DNA of 64,000 nucleotides from Haplodiscus bocki (Eukaryota): the NCBI GenBank assembly GCA_965655095.1, contig OZ296654.1:46004001-46068000 (forward strand), written 5' to 3'. Of the stretch, positions 38,601 through 52,072 are shown in pieces (within the stretch, counting starts at the first letter, position 1; each line of letters begins with the position of its first letter). The notes under the pieces are model-generated. The model ran no database searches and was not told the DNA's origin. It was given only the letters and a program-made list of their open reading frames with translations. The position numbers were made by a program, and so were the translations under genes.

Positions 38601-40260
38601 CTACAAATGCGAACAGACACAAGACAATGTTCAATTGAATAGCTTCTTTTCTGACAAATTATGAGGTTGATTGTGAATTCCATTCCCTCTACAGTTCGTT
38701 ATGGGTAGAAATAGGAGAGCTTTTTTTACTTGTTCATGTGTAGCATTAGTGTGAGTGTTTGTGCAGAAGCCTCTGTCTCTTGACGTGTTTTTACTTTTTT
38801 CATCCAGGACGCGACGGTACATGTCCATGGGGCCATATCCGCTCTGTTCTAGCACTTACTTGTTGAGGCCCTTGCTACTGAACTCGAACTTGTTTGAGGT
38901 AACATCATAGCTGAAATACGTCTTGCCACATAAACAAAACAACTCTGTACAACTGAACTCCTCTTCGTATAGACAAGGCTTTCTCTCGTCATGTTTTTTG
39001 TGCTTGTCACAAGTCATTCGGGGGAAGAAGTTTTCAACTGGGTTAGTAGGGAAACTATCAGTGCAATCCCACTATACTTTCATTTCTGGTCTGATACAAT
39101 CTTCCAGTTCCTTCTCGGCAATGCAATATGCAGAGAATCTGTATTCATCTCCAACTTTTCGAACTTGTTTACATCACAAAATTTAGTGAAAATTTGTAGT
39201 GGAGTTCCAACAATTGGAGTTTTGCATGTTGAAGAATGAAGAATCCCACAATGATTGGCTTTTTGTGTTCAATTTGGGCTTTGGTGAGTTCAACCTAATA
39301 TAATGAATTGCTCGCGTGACCCAACCTCTTGAAGAGCTTACTATTGATAGCGGCATAAATTTTTTTGTCACTGAGTGACTTCAGAGTGTGTTGGCTGCAG
39401 TCGATAATCTGGTAGCCATAGGTTTTGTTGAACAGGAGTTTCATTGTCCTTGCGACGACGCTGGGATTTGGATTCCCGTTACTTGGTCGTCCTGCGTCTA
39501 CTGCTGACTGTAGAAAGCTGTTGAAATACTTCTTTGGCGTGTACTCAACGAAGCGGCTTATTTTCGTACAAACTAGTCCCAGTTGCATTCAGAACAAAAG
39601 CAGATAAGATTCCCATTTTGTAAAGTGAAGCTTGATATCAACATCTTCCGAGGTTGAGACATTATTCCTCCTTTTTGGAAACAAGTTTCCATTAAGTCAC
39701 CAAAATCATTCTCGCTCACCAAAGTTTTTTTGAAGACTGGAGGGATGTTAACAAAATTGGTTCTCAAGTTTACGGGCAATTCATTGTCACAAGGAACGTA
39801 GCCAAATAAATTCCCGTTTTTTCTTTCTTTTAATAGATGACCAGCTGCAAATTAAAGTTCCTTAGAAAAGTTTTCTCGGATATGTTTCATGACAGTATTG
39901 CTTGTTTTGTACAATTTCGACCAATCACACTCTCAAATTTCAATGACAGTGAAGCCTTCTTCTTGTATATGGCTTCGTCTCAATTCATCGAGCTCTCTCT
40001 TCGTAATACCACGTTGCATATCTTCTTCAATGAGGGTTGGACGCACTTCTTGACCGTGGCAAAAATGGTAAAAACATCCCATCGTTTCAAACACAGTGTT
40101 GCAAAAACAACAAAATCCATCAACACTGAAGTAGTCACTTTTCTTCTGTTTGCCTGTAGTGTAGGAGCTCTCGATTTGCAATCTGGTCTTGTTCGTTAGA
40201 AATAGCATATGACCATTTTTTAAAAGCCACTGGTTTTGTTTTTTTGACGTGTGAATCTAT
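38580..40260 (-). pseudogene. Protein-primed DNA polymerase B, 3' part (subfamily A, belonging to the inserted element)
   Basis: FSVDGFCCFCNTVFETMGCFYH, TMKLLFNKTYGYQII (motif B), LEMNTDSL (motif C), GYGPMDMYRRVL. Confidence 0.88.
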
Positions 40261-43200
40261 TTGTATCTGGATTGAGATTCCAACGCGTTAATAGACCGGT
40301 GGGCATGGTTTGACACATGGATCATGATTTTTAGACCAACAAGTTTTGTTGAGACCCAAGTATTTCTTTCTCCCTCACAAATCAGCTTTTTGAAATCCAA
40401 CATGAGGGAAGCAAAAAATTCAGACGACTCAAAATGGCAATTACATTTAACTGCAAGGGTAGAGAGATTCCGACAAAAGGCACACAATTCATTTTTTCAA
40501 CCATCACAAATCTGGTAGGCATATTCTGCAGAAACATGAAGTAGCCCATTTGAATTTCAAATCCAGGATCACCTTAATGATTTATACCAAAACAGTTCAA
40601 CTAAGAACTGAGAACCACTTGTGTAGATATACATTTCTTTCCGCCAACAATTCCGGAACGTAGAAATGTAATTTAACAAAACAGTTCCGGACCATCAGAA
40701 GTATTAGCGTTACCCCAAATACGCCTGAAAAAGTTCAGAGCACAATTCAGTGTTTGAAAAATTTTGCCATTTATACGTTGGAGCGGGTTTCGAGTTCTTA
40801 AATCCTCGTCTACAAAAGGTTCACATAGTTCGAAAATTTGTACATCTCCTTGCTACACTGACTGTTTAGATCAGGAAAAAGCAAACGATCGAAACAGAGA
40901 AGCCAGCATAGTCTTAACAAAACCAAAACTTCCAACCTTCGACATCACACAGAAGAATCAAAATAGAAGTAGCAGCTAGCTCACACAGTAAGCTCACTGG
41001 AATATTGAAACGTGTGGAAGTATTACTCCTTTGGAAGAAATCCAAACATTCCTACGGACGGTTTATTGAATTTGACTTTATTCGGTTTCGGTTAATCTTT
41101 CAACTCTACTTAAACGCTCTCTTTTGATATACTAAGAAGAAATAACTGTTGAAACTCGCTAGTAACAGTTTCAAACCATCTCACAGAATGTTTTAGTGAG
41201 GGTTACTCTGCCCAAGAAAAATAGGGTGCGCGTTTCTTTTTCCCTTTTAAGCACAAATGTTACCCTCTTGTCAAACAAAACTAACTTTCCTTAAGAACAA
41301 CCAATATCTACTCTTCTCTAACTCCTTTCCAAAAAAGTAAAGCACACCAAAAGGTTCTAAAATCACTCTTCGTCAAAGGATACCCAATTGTTTTCAACTT
41401 TTTTCTTAAGTGTGTTATCTTTAATCCCAAAATCAACAAGTTACACAATAAAAAATGACCAAAACGTACTACAATAATTTCTCATATTCTTCGAACGATT
41501 TTTATGACACTCCCTTCTGCATCATTTGGCCTTTCTATACTCACTGTAGCCTGTTCAACATTAAAGTTTTCTAACAGTTCCAAGTAAAACCCACTCAGGG
41601 TTCACTTCAAAGACATAAGAAACTCCAGCTTCTTCAGCGAATCAGATATAAAAATTCATCCCATTCTGCTCTCAACAAATTGATTTTTGGTTCACCTGGC
41701 TTCTTCTTTTGAACTTTCTTCTCCATCAGATCAAGCTCCAAACTGGTCATTTTAAAGTCTACCAAGCCATGTTTCGTCAATCATCCAGTTTCTTAAAAAT
41801 CTAATGCACCGCTGCACCATCCATAATCGACATATCCGCAGCTTCCAGACTGTTTAATGTCATTCAAAACATCTTTATAAACTCATGTTTTATTTTACAT
41901 CTTTTAGCCAGTCCAATTTAATTTTGTTCTCCATCGACTTCCGAAAACATCAATTCATCGAACAGTTTGTCGTCAAAGACACATACAGTACCTTCTCTTT
42001 TTTTAAGTCTGTCCACTGTTCCAACACACCCAAACTACATCTTTTCGCAAACAAATCATATAAAATTACTTCTTAGAGAAATCAACAGCACCAACGCCAA
42101 AATTAGACATTAAACCATATTATACTGGCAATTTTACCATACAGCACCAAACACGCAGCGTTTTCAAAGTCACAGCCCGACAAAAACTAGCCAAAGAATT
42201 TTTTATAATTCACGATAAAAATCCTTTTGTTCCGATCCTGATGTCACACTTTGCGTGTTTTTCATACCCAATATTTCAAAACAGATCACTCTGAACCAAC
42301 ACCCATTCTAGGTAAGTTCCCATACACCTAAAAAAAAACCTTTGTTTGTTTCACGGGTTTGCATATTTATCCTGTAGATGAATTCGTCCTTAATCCTGCA
42401 ATGAACTTCAGGCTGCTAATTTTGTCAATTGACTCCATAAGGAAGCTTTGCTATTCTTCAACGACACTTCTTCAACACAAGGACAGGGATGCACTTCTTC
42501 ATCATCCACAATTTGACCATCACTTCTTCCCGATTTTTCTCCGTCCTCCTTCTTCTCGATGCAAATCATGATAGCGACTCATGATTCCTACTCTCAAGGA
42601 CAATAGATTTCAAATACTTATGTTGGCGCTCGTGATCAAAAGGAGGTAAAGTTTCAGAAAAATTTTCAAGATCGACATAATCTTACTGAATAATTAATAC
42701 ATTTTGGAGAACCCTCCGTATTGATTTGCCCATTCATCTTGAAAAGTCATCCCTTTCCATTTGGTTGACTTTCAGCAAAACCTTGTGTGGAATTTGCGCT
42801 CAAGTTTACGACATGTTTTGGACCAACTGTTCTGTATTCCGATTTTTCTCGATTAAATGCTCGTCTCTAATTTTAAAAAATCTCTCATACTTTTGACCTA
42901 AAACCATCAAAAAACCCCTTGGGTAATTGCTAATCTAAAAAATTCTTCAACTTCAAAAAGTTTTTTCAGGCTTTTTTGAAGCATAGTTGAACGAAAATGT
43001 TAACTAGATCGAATTCTGCTTACTGACAAAAATCACTGAATGAAAATCACTGAACTTGCAACTAAATTTGACAAGTCAAGGAACAGCGCAGTTGATTGAA
43101 GAACGAAAGTGAATTTCAAAATGGAAACAAACCTATTCTTTTTATGATTTGGAAAAATTGAGATCATGATGCTAAACAGAAGACTGTGACAACAATTCCC

Positions 43201-44559
43201 AATTAGATGAAAACATTGTTTCCTTTCAGCAGTCTCGCTGTCATCGCAGACGACGTTAACAATATGCAAACTATATTTGATCGGAATTAACAGCATAAAA
43301 TCCATCGAACACAACTAAAAACCAATACGACAAAAAAATTAAACCTCGAACCAATTTGCATTTTTGAATTGAGAACCCATGGCACTTTTTTTCAAAACAG
43401 TCGGATATGGTACATTTTAGCTTATATCTTGATTGTAGAAACATTCAAAAGTTTTAAACAATCATGCGGTGCTCAATTTCAGGAACCCTCCGTTAGATGT
43501 CGGATACTTTAAATAAATACTATATCAATGACGTATATTCGACTTACAATCGAACACTGAAAACCCAGAAGATAACATAACTTGATAGAACAGTCCCATC
43601 TTCTATGATATCTAGTCTCATCAATTTCTTTGAGTGTAAGTCTAGAATTTTGGAAATTCTTAAAGTACACAAATATAGTATCTTCTTCATTTTGAAAGTG
43701 TAATCTCATTTCACCGTCTCTCCGATAGAAAACACATTAAAAAATGTTTCTTTGAAAATACACCTTAATAGCACGTCAATTAACCAAACCCAACAAAAAA
43801 GGACTACCAGAACTTAATAGTCCCACGGTTGAAGCATGTTGGTGATTTTGTGCCTCATGAACTTATGATATGAGGTGTTGCAGCTTCAAAAACTTTTAAA
43901 GCTAGGTGAAATTAATAATGATTGTCAAGAGCGAAACCATCAATTAACTAAATTTTGGTTCAAAAAATTATGAGGGCCCAAAATAAAACCAGCACGCAAA
44001 ATAGGAACATAAGGAGGAAAACAGTTACCACTGTTTGACACTATGTTACTACTCATTGATTATGTCTGATTTTTTTAACAACTTTGCCAAAATATTATCC
44101 TTCATCGTTTTTATTATAAATGAGGTTTCTCAACAAACTCATTGCCTGCATAGCAATTACACTCAGCCATGTTTTCTGTGCGATTTTTTTTCTTCTAATG
44201 CTAGTATGCTTTCGAAAATCTGTGGACTTTTTTTGCGAAAACCTTCAGAAATGACTCTTTCAGAGAAACTGTATGCATGGGATCAACTTTGAATAACTGT
44301 TGAAAGCCTGGTAAATAACTTCACTAATGTGCAAAGTTGACCATAGTGCAACTGGCCAAGTCCAGGCCGTACCATTAGGAAACATTAATTGCAGATGTTC
44401 AGTCGGAAAGCACAAAACATTTGAAATACATGTAACTCCTACCAAAGATCAGTCAATATTTTCCGTTGTAAGGTATCTTACGAAAACAAAATTATTCTCT
44501 CAGTTTGTAAGTTTTCTCCTCCTGATTTTTGCCAACTCTGGCTGCTTCAACAAAAGAAT

Positions 44560-47500
44560 TTTTGAAGAAAGTGTTTTTGCTCTAATTTTTCCTCTGGACA
44601 CATAGAATACAGTTTTCATAACACTATTTTTTTTCGAAAAAAAAGTCGGAAGTGAAATTTAAAATCAATCTAATAGAAATGAATCATAAATACAAATAGA
44701 GTTACACATTCTTTCTGCTTTTTGGTATCATTTCCTTCTTTTACTCTGAGCCCTCAAGAACAAAAGTAACAAAAAAAGCTTCGAGAAAGATATTTTAGAA
44801 ACGCAACATTCCATGTTCTCTGCATCTAGAAAACAAGTAAAAGGTATTGCTTTTGCAGGTTGTTGAAACTCTTTTTATTCCATAACTACATGGCTAAATT
44901 CTGGCATCAGGTCTCTCAGCCGACAACCGTTATCCTCATACCTGAGGATGACCTATCAAAAGAAGATCATCCGTTTTCTTTTTGCTTGGCAATACTGACA
45001 GCCGAAGAGGACAAAAAAGCATTTATGTTTGAAGATCTCGGTTTTCAAACTCATAATTATCCGCAACTACCAAATTCACTTTTCGCACCTGGGGTGCAAT
45101 CGACAGCTTTCTGCTTGAGGAGCGCTATCGGAAAGAAAAATAACCAATTTTGTTACTCCCATCGGATTTCTGGCAGTGCAGATACTTCAGAAAGTGCTAA
45201 AGCAAGACAGTTATAGACGTTCGATTTCGTAACTCTCAATAACTGCAAGCTTGACTGTTTCCGCAGAAGTCTCAACCAGCAGCTTGTGCTGGACTATGGC
45301 AGTGTAGATGTGTGAAGTTTTTCCTGTCGGAATCCTCATACTCAGAAGTTGTCAAAAAATGCTGATGGTATTGATATATCCTGAGACTCAGATTCACCTT
45401 TCTACAGCACAAACTGCGTCTCTCTTCCTGCAAAACTCTTGAACAGCAGTTTTTGCTGGAGCACTACTTTTGAAAAACTCATATATTTGTTCTCTGAGGC
45501 CAAATCCTACTTGCCAAAAAAACCAAAAATACGAATAATAGTTATAAATATAGGTTTTAGAACTTAAATTTCTCAAAAGCTACCAGATGGAATTCTTTCA
45601 TCAAGAGCTCAATCAACAGTCCTTTTCTTGACGAGTACTGTTCAATGGAAAAAATAGGGAAATTGATCTTTGCTTGAGAATCCTTGCAGACCAAAAGGAT
45701 GAAAATGGTATTAGTTTTGGCTAGCCCCGATGTTCGTTTCCATTCATCTCCATAACTATTGGCTGGACTTTGTCCACGAATCTATTATTTGTCAAAAATC
45801 TATCTATGGAAAGGACTTCGAGTTGAACCGTTCTGATTTCTACAAAAGTAACATACATTCCATGGTAGGTCGAAAATACCAAAAAGTTCAATTGTCGACG
45901 TTCAAATTCATCAGTTTTTAGAGCTCTCGGCTTGAATTCGTAGGACAAGGTCCCAATCGATAACTTAACAATAAGACAAAAGTTATGAAACCTGATTAAT
46001 ACATGATTTCTACTTCCCTTTGTCGTAACATATCGCGACTGCACATCTTATTTTTATTTCTGTAAAGAGGAGCGGTTTCAAACCAAATTTGGTGGTAATC
46101 AAAACTCAGCTGAAGCAACTCCGTCCTTCCAAGTTCATTACATCTAAAAATAACAGCACTTATGTTCATAGGAGTTACTAAACGGCATAGCAAAAGTCAT
46201 TTTATCCGTCAAATGTGGAAGAAAAAGAACTTTTTTTGCCCTCCTGTATCGCAGACAGCCACGGAAAAAGGTTTTTTACACAAACTTGAAGTTTGCAGGA
46301 TTATGTGGCTTCAATTTGTCACGTTGCAACATGTTTTGCTCCATGTGAGCGATAAAGCCAAATAATCGAAGGTTGGGGAGAGAAAAAGAACACCTTGAAT
46401 ACCTTAATTGGATAAGTGACGTCTGTCGCAGCACACCTGCAGAGTCTGCATTCAACCCCTGCTTGCATAAAAGACAAACAAGACTCGCAATTTGACTCAA
46501 ACTTTCAGTGAATTGAGAAAACTCAGCTGCTTTTAAGTTCATTATACATATAAAAAGATCCGTATTACATACGGATCACCCCCGTGAACTGATTCAGACT
46601 AAAACGGGACCGTTACTGAACAAACGGGTTTTCACAGCGTTCTCCATCCTAAAAGGTGCTACATTTGTATTAATTTTTTAAAATTCTATAAATTCACTTT
46701 TCAAGAATAACTCATTTGATTGATTGCAGCGCTTGCTAGATTAGACAATGCAGTTTAAATATTGAGGTGGTAACAGCGTGATTGTCAAACAATGAAAACG
46801 ACTCCATGAGTGAATATTTGTTCCTTAAGTTTCCATAGCTACAAGTCTGATGACGTCACAATCCTTCTGACCACCAAACTGGGCCATAAAATTATGCTGC
46901 ATACGGATTGAATCTTCTTTCCCCAATTGCGCTCAATTTGAATGACCTAAGTGACGCCACATGAAATTATGGAATTTTGCTGGAATCTACTTGTTGTTAT
47001 TCACCTGAACGAGGAATAAACTAGTAGCGCTACTAGTTTCTCCACATTTCTGGAAACATACAGATGCACTAATGGAAATATTTTGTACGAGATGCTAGAC
47101 TCATATCTTACATTTATTGCTATTTTTTATTTTTTCCATACTTGTTGCTCAAATCATACAATTTCATTTTGACAATTAAGGAAGAAATTGTTTTCTCGAA
47201 CTTTGAAACGTTCCTAAATTTGTTTGTAATTATTATGTCTGCTTAAGATGAAGCACTTCGATGTTCATTTCCGACGATGTAGGTCGGTCCATCTCCTGTC
47301 GAAGCATGGAAAGGACGCGTCCGATGAGAGGAAACGAATAGAAAAGGTGTTTAATTCCCGCCCGAGTTGGCTTTTCCTCTTTGCTGTTCAATCTTGAAAG
47401 TACTTTTCCGTTTTTTTTACCTTGACTTGTCTTGCAAAAAATGATAAAGCCAACCAAGGAAGAGTTTAAATGGGAGAAATAAATGTACGGAAGGGCAAAA

Positions 47501-50470
47501 ATATTTGTACTGATGCTATTGAGAAGTCACTGTAATTTCGAAAACTAGACTGTTCCATTTCTCCCGACTTATTTTAAGGAAAAGGTATTAATTCGGTCTC
47601 TAAACACTTCTGAATGTTTTTCGCTCTTCAAACGTGGCAATTCTATGGAACAACAGAAAAGTAGAAGCCATCAACAGGGACAATCGTGAAGATCATATCA
47701 AGAGTAATCAAGATCGGAACACCAATTCTCCTAGAATTCAGGAATTTTAAATTACTCAGTCGTCAGTGGAGACCGAAGGTAGAGTGACAAGAAACTGTCC
47801 CAGGAAGTCAGTAGGACAAAGAGTCGGATTTTGGGCACCCTCTCCAAACTAGAGGAATTTCTCGTGAACCCGCAATCCCGGCTTCATTCCGGACCCGTTC
47901 CGGAGACATCCCGGAATTCTAACAGAGAGAGCCAGGAAACATATGGCGATCGTTCCCAGAATGATCCTCATCTTGAAATGGGTGTCTCTCTGAATCAGAT
48001 GAAGCCAGAATTCAGACCAGAAGAGTCGTCCTACAGCGTCCGACCAATCAAAAAATTCAGACCCAAACCACACACTTTTAATATTATGACTACACAGAAT
48101 AACAGACGTGCTGTGAATAAATGTAGAAGATAGAATAGAAAATAGGAAGTGTTGGAAGTCTTTCCAGTCAGTACCAAATTTATTGAGTTGGTAAGAGTGT
48201 TTTGGTTTATCTGAAACGAAGTTCGGGCAATTTCGAGGCCTATTTGCTGATATCAAAGATTTTTAATAATCCAAGTCATCGTAAAAGTCGACAAACGATT
48301 TCGATTTTCGAATTTTTTCGACAAAAATCCAAGGAAAATTTTCCAACCGATTTTAAAAAAAATGAATTTGTAGATAAGGGTCTTTTTGTTAGTGCCATGA
48401 AGAAATTAGTACTTTCTATGCCTACTGTCAACATATACTAATTCAAAAATTGCAAAGTGTCTTCAAATTAGTCAAAGTTTTATCGAACTTCAAGTGGTTC
48501 TCATTCAGGACTTTTTGAAAAATTTGAAACACTTTCAAAACTGCTTTTACTCTTTATAAGCGTCTTGTTGTTTTTACTATGCAAACATCAGCTGACATGT
48601 AGGCCTTACTGTAGAGATATAGGAAACAAACTGGAGTTCAATTCTGACAGTATCTCGTCAAAACGGCTGAAAAGACTCCATTGTCAATATTATCTGGTGG
48701 AAAAAACACAAAGAAAGATTGCATATACAAAGTAGAATAACTACTATAGGTCGCGCAAAAATCTTCGAATGTGACAATATCAAGTATCTAACTGAAACAC
48801 TCGTAGTGACCTCATGCCAGTGATTGATTGTCATTTTATGTCATCTCTTAGAATGATTTCAAATGTCATTAAAGTTTAGCAAAAGAGAGAGTAACTCTGA
48901 AAAGAACACTTTGAAAGAATAACACCGAATTGTCAGAGCAACGAACTAAGAAAGTCCAGCAAATGAACTGACAATTTTTTTGACATATTCATAGGATGAA
49001 GAAAAGTATTAATTTGGCACTACCGCGCCTCGGAATATGAAAAACAGTGACAATATAAGCCACTTCGACAGAAAAATAAATTTAAAAAACGACCCTGTAC
49101 TTCGGCTGGAGTACGATTTTGAAAAACACATAATTAATTGAAGACGATTGTAAATCATAGCATGTCAATTCACACCTGGATGACACGAACCAAACCGGAT
49201 GGTAGTTTTGGAGAAACATGAGAATCAAAATGAGGAAAATTCTTTCAATTGCACTTGAGGCTTCTCTGGTCATTCTCTAATGCAAGAAAAATATCCCAAA
49301 ATAGAGATATTGAAAAGCTTTTTCACACTAGGAAACTGTCACTTGAGATGTTGATAGGAGAAAACCAAAGCGATATTTTTGGAGTGAAACACCGGTAATA
49401 ATATTACTTTTTGGTACGTTCATCCAATCAGGCTTCCGATGTTTACAGAACCGAAATTACCATTATCAATTTATTTCCATGAGTAGTACTATTGGATAAG
49501 AAATCAAAATTCTTGGAATTTTAGCCCTCAAAATCCAGATACAAGAAAAATAATCAAGGAATAGTAATCAAATTTTATCTACAAGCTGAAAACTGTCGAT
49601 TGAGACCCTAATTGGAAAGTTTTTTTAAAAAAAAATGTTTCACAACAAGATGCTTCTGAGTATTCGGAATAATCATCAGTTACCGCATTTTTGGCCTATC
49701 AGGTATCAAATGCAAGGAAACAGACCAAAGATATTTTCCCAAAACTTTCCAAAAAACACTTAATTGAGAACTTGATTGAAATAATCCATCTCTTAGTGCT
49801 GTAGGCAAATAAGTTTGAATGTCGAGAAAAGTCATCCGTGAATTCAAACTTTAATATCGAGCTTCCGACGCAAAGAAAAGTTCCAGGACTCTAAATCGCA
49901 ATGTATTACGAAACGAAAATATTCATTTCAGTAGTGAAACATTTATCTAATCTAAAAATTTTACCCTTGACACGCAGCTTTCGAAAACTTTTGTTTACAT
50001 AGAAGACTTAGAGCCTGCACTACATTTCCCCATTTCTTGCACCCTTGCTTGATACAAAACGCACCTTCACCACATTTAAGTGGCCGACAGTTAGCGGGTT
50101 CAATTCCCTCTATAAGACAACTTCTTTGTATTTTTTAAACTGCTTTTAGATGACACGAGGTTTTTTTTGTCACAAAAAAATATTCTGAAGCGATATAATT
50201 TGCATTGAAAGAAACATTTGTTTACCTTTTTTACGCACTCGGCATCTTTAATCAACAGGAAACTAGAATTGCAGCCGTTTTGCCGAGAAGGTCTAAAAAT
50301 CATCAACGAAACTTTGAAATTTGATAATGCAAATATGGAAAACAGAAAACGCCAAAAGTGCTATGCGTAAATTTTTTAGCGGCAGCCAACCTCACTTTAC
50401 CACAAAGTAATTGGCTGATTTTTTTCCAAAATGTTTCCCAATCCTTAGAAATTTACTTGCATTAAATTGT
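44560..50470. repeat. Copy b of the direct duplication of 1-4250, with ~1.6 kb extra sequence (46420-48040)
   Basis: Colinear with 1-4250; homology resumes at ~48040, immediately after the LTR end. Confidence 0.9.
47278..48035 (+). mobile_element. Solo LTR-like element containing a decayed gag-like reading frame
   Basis: TGTAGG...CCTACA inverted ends; absent from duplication copy a; decayed ORF ...SRILGTLSKLEEFLVNPQ...EESSY runs up to the terminal CA. Confidence 0.65.
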
Positions 50471-52072
50471 TCAATGATAATATCTTCCGATTTGTTATTT
50501 GAATCAGAAGCTTGATTAGCAAAAAAGCAGAATTTTGCTGAAATTAAAAAAATCCATGAGTCTTTGTACACAGTTTTGTCCAAAACTACTACCCAAAGTT
50601 TTTCATCAAGATTGCAACTGAGAATTTTCTAGTGGCAGAGAAATTTTATAAAATCTATTGGGTTTTGTTTCGAGAAAGAAAAAACAAAAAATGAGCCTAT
50701 CGAAATTCTGATAGGCTCATAATACCAAATTTTCAATTTTTAATGATTTTTCGAGATTCAAGGTCATTTTCCTCCAACACTACAGGTTTGGATTTCTTCG
50801 CCGGTGTCCCAAATGCCAATTTTCAACCTACATAAACCTTTTCTTTGAGCTTGTCTTCAGATCTGTTGTTTGCATCTGAACTCTGAGTAAGGCCAAAACT
50901 ATAAACTATAATGTTTAAAACTATTGATTTCTCTCTATTATCTAACTCAATTACCTCGAACAGTCTTGGTTGATTTTTTTTCCATCAAGGAATCGAACAA
51001 ATGTTGCCTACATTTTTGTTTATTTGGTTGTGCTAATAATAGATGCATTTTTGACCAATTTAGTTTGACTTCTTGCCGTCCGAGAAAAATGGAGTGCTTC
51101 TGCGCTTCCTTCTACAGAATCCAAGTGAAAAATGAGTTTAAGTTTCGAGAAAAAAGCCATAGCATTTTTGATTCAACAGATTTTCAATTCAAGAAGGAGG
51201 TTTGGGGAACTGATGTTTAAGCTGTCTTCAAGCACGAAATAAAATCAGGTTACAGAGAGTGGACTAAATAGTTCAGAAAATTTCTAGAACAATATCTACT
51301 TTTTACGAATCTCTCGAATTTTCTGGAAAAAAATCCTAAACGCCGACATTCGTGCGTCAAGCAGAAAACAGAAGGACCGCTGAGAATGTATTGATTTGTT
51401 TATTGAAAACCTATTTTTGATCTCACACTTTTTGAGACGACAATTCCAGAAGATGTTTCTCGAATTATAGTCGAAACTTTTCAGAATTCGACAAGTTTTC
51501 AGAGAGAACAGTTTTTAAGGCCTAAGGTTGCTTCTATGGTTTCTCCGAAAGTACCTATCTAATCAAACACCATGGTATAGTTGTTCTGGCATTTCACTGG
51601 AAAGTTTCTTGTTCTATTCGAATTTTTATCAGGGAAATAGTTCCAAGATCTGAGTTTCTGTTTAAAATGCACTATATCTTTGAAACCATGCGTTTAAATT
51701 ATTAAAAAGTGCTGATGTTATTTCATAACATCTCGAATGTTCTGTGATTGGCCGAGTCCGACATTTCACCTACAGAAAAGTTTTTGGTCGGCAGAACATA
51801 TAAAGAAAGCAGCTTAAGCACTCCAAATTTTTCATAGCAAATCATTGCATCAGATCAACATCAGCACCAATCGAAGGCATCAAATGGGCCTTTATAATAT
51901 CGGTATCGGTTTGTAATTGATGATGCGGGTATCCCCATAGGCAATTTTTTGCACACTTTCCTTCACGTTTTTCGCAGGAAAACTTTGAAGAAAAAATGAC
52001 ATTGGGCGTTTTCGTCATCAAGTCAATTGATTGCTTTTTTCTCAGCCACTGATTCAGACCTCGAGACACAAT

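Noticed and set aside
20700-40260. Auto-integration circle of a single Polinton as the explanation for the split pPolB
   Set aside because: The two 3' pPolB parts overlap by more than 1.5 kb and differ like separate subfamilies (FNADRFFAHC vs FSVDGFCCFC), so two elements are needed.
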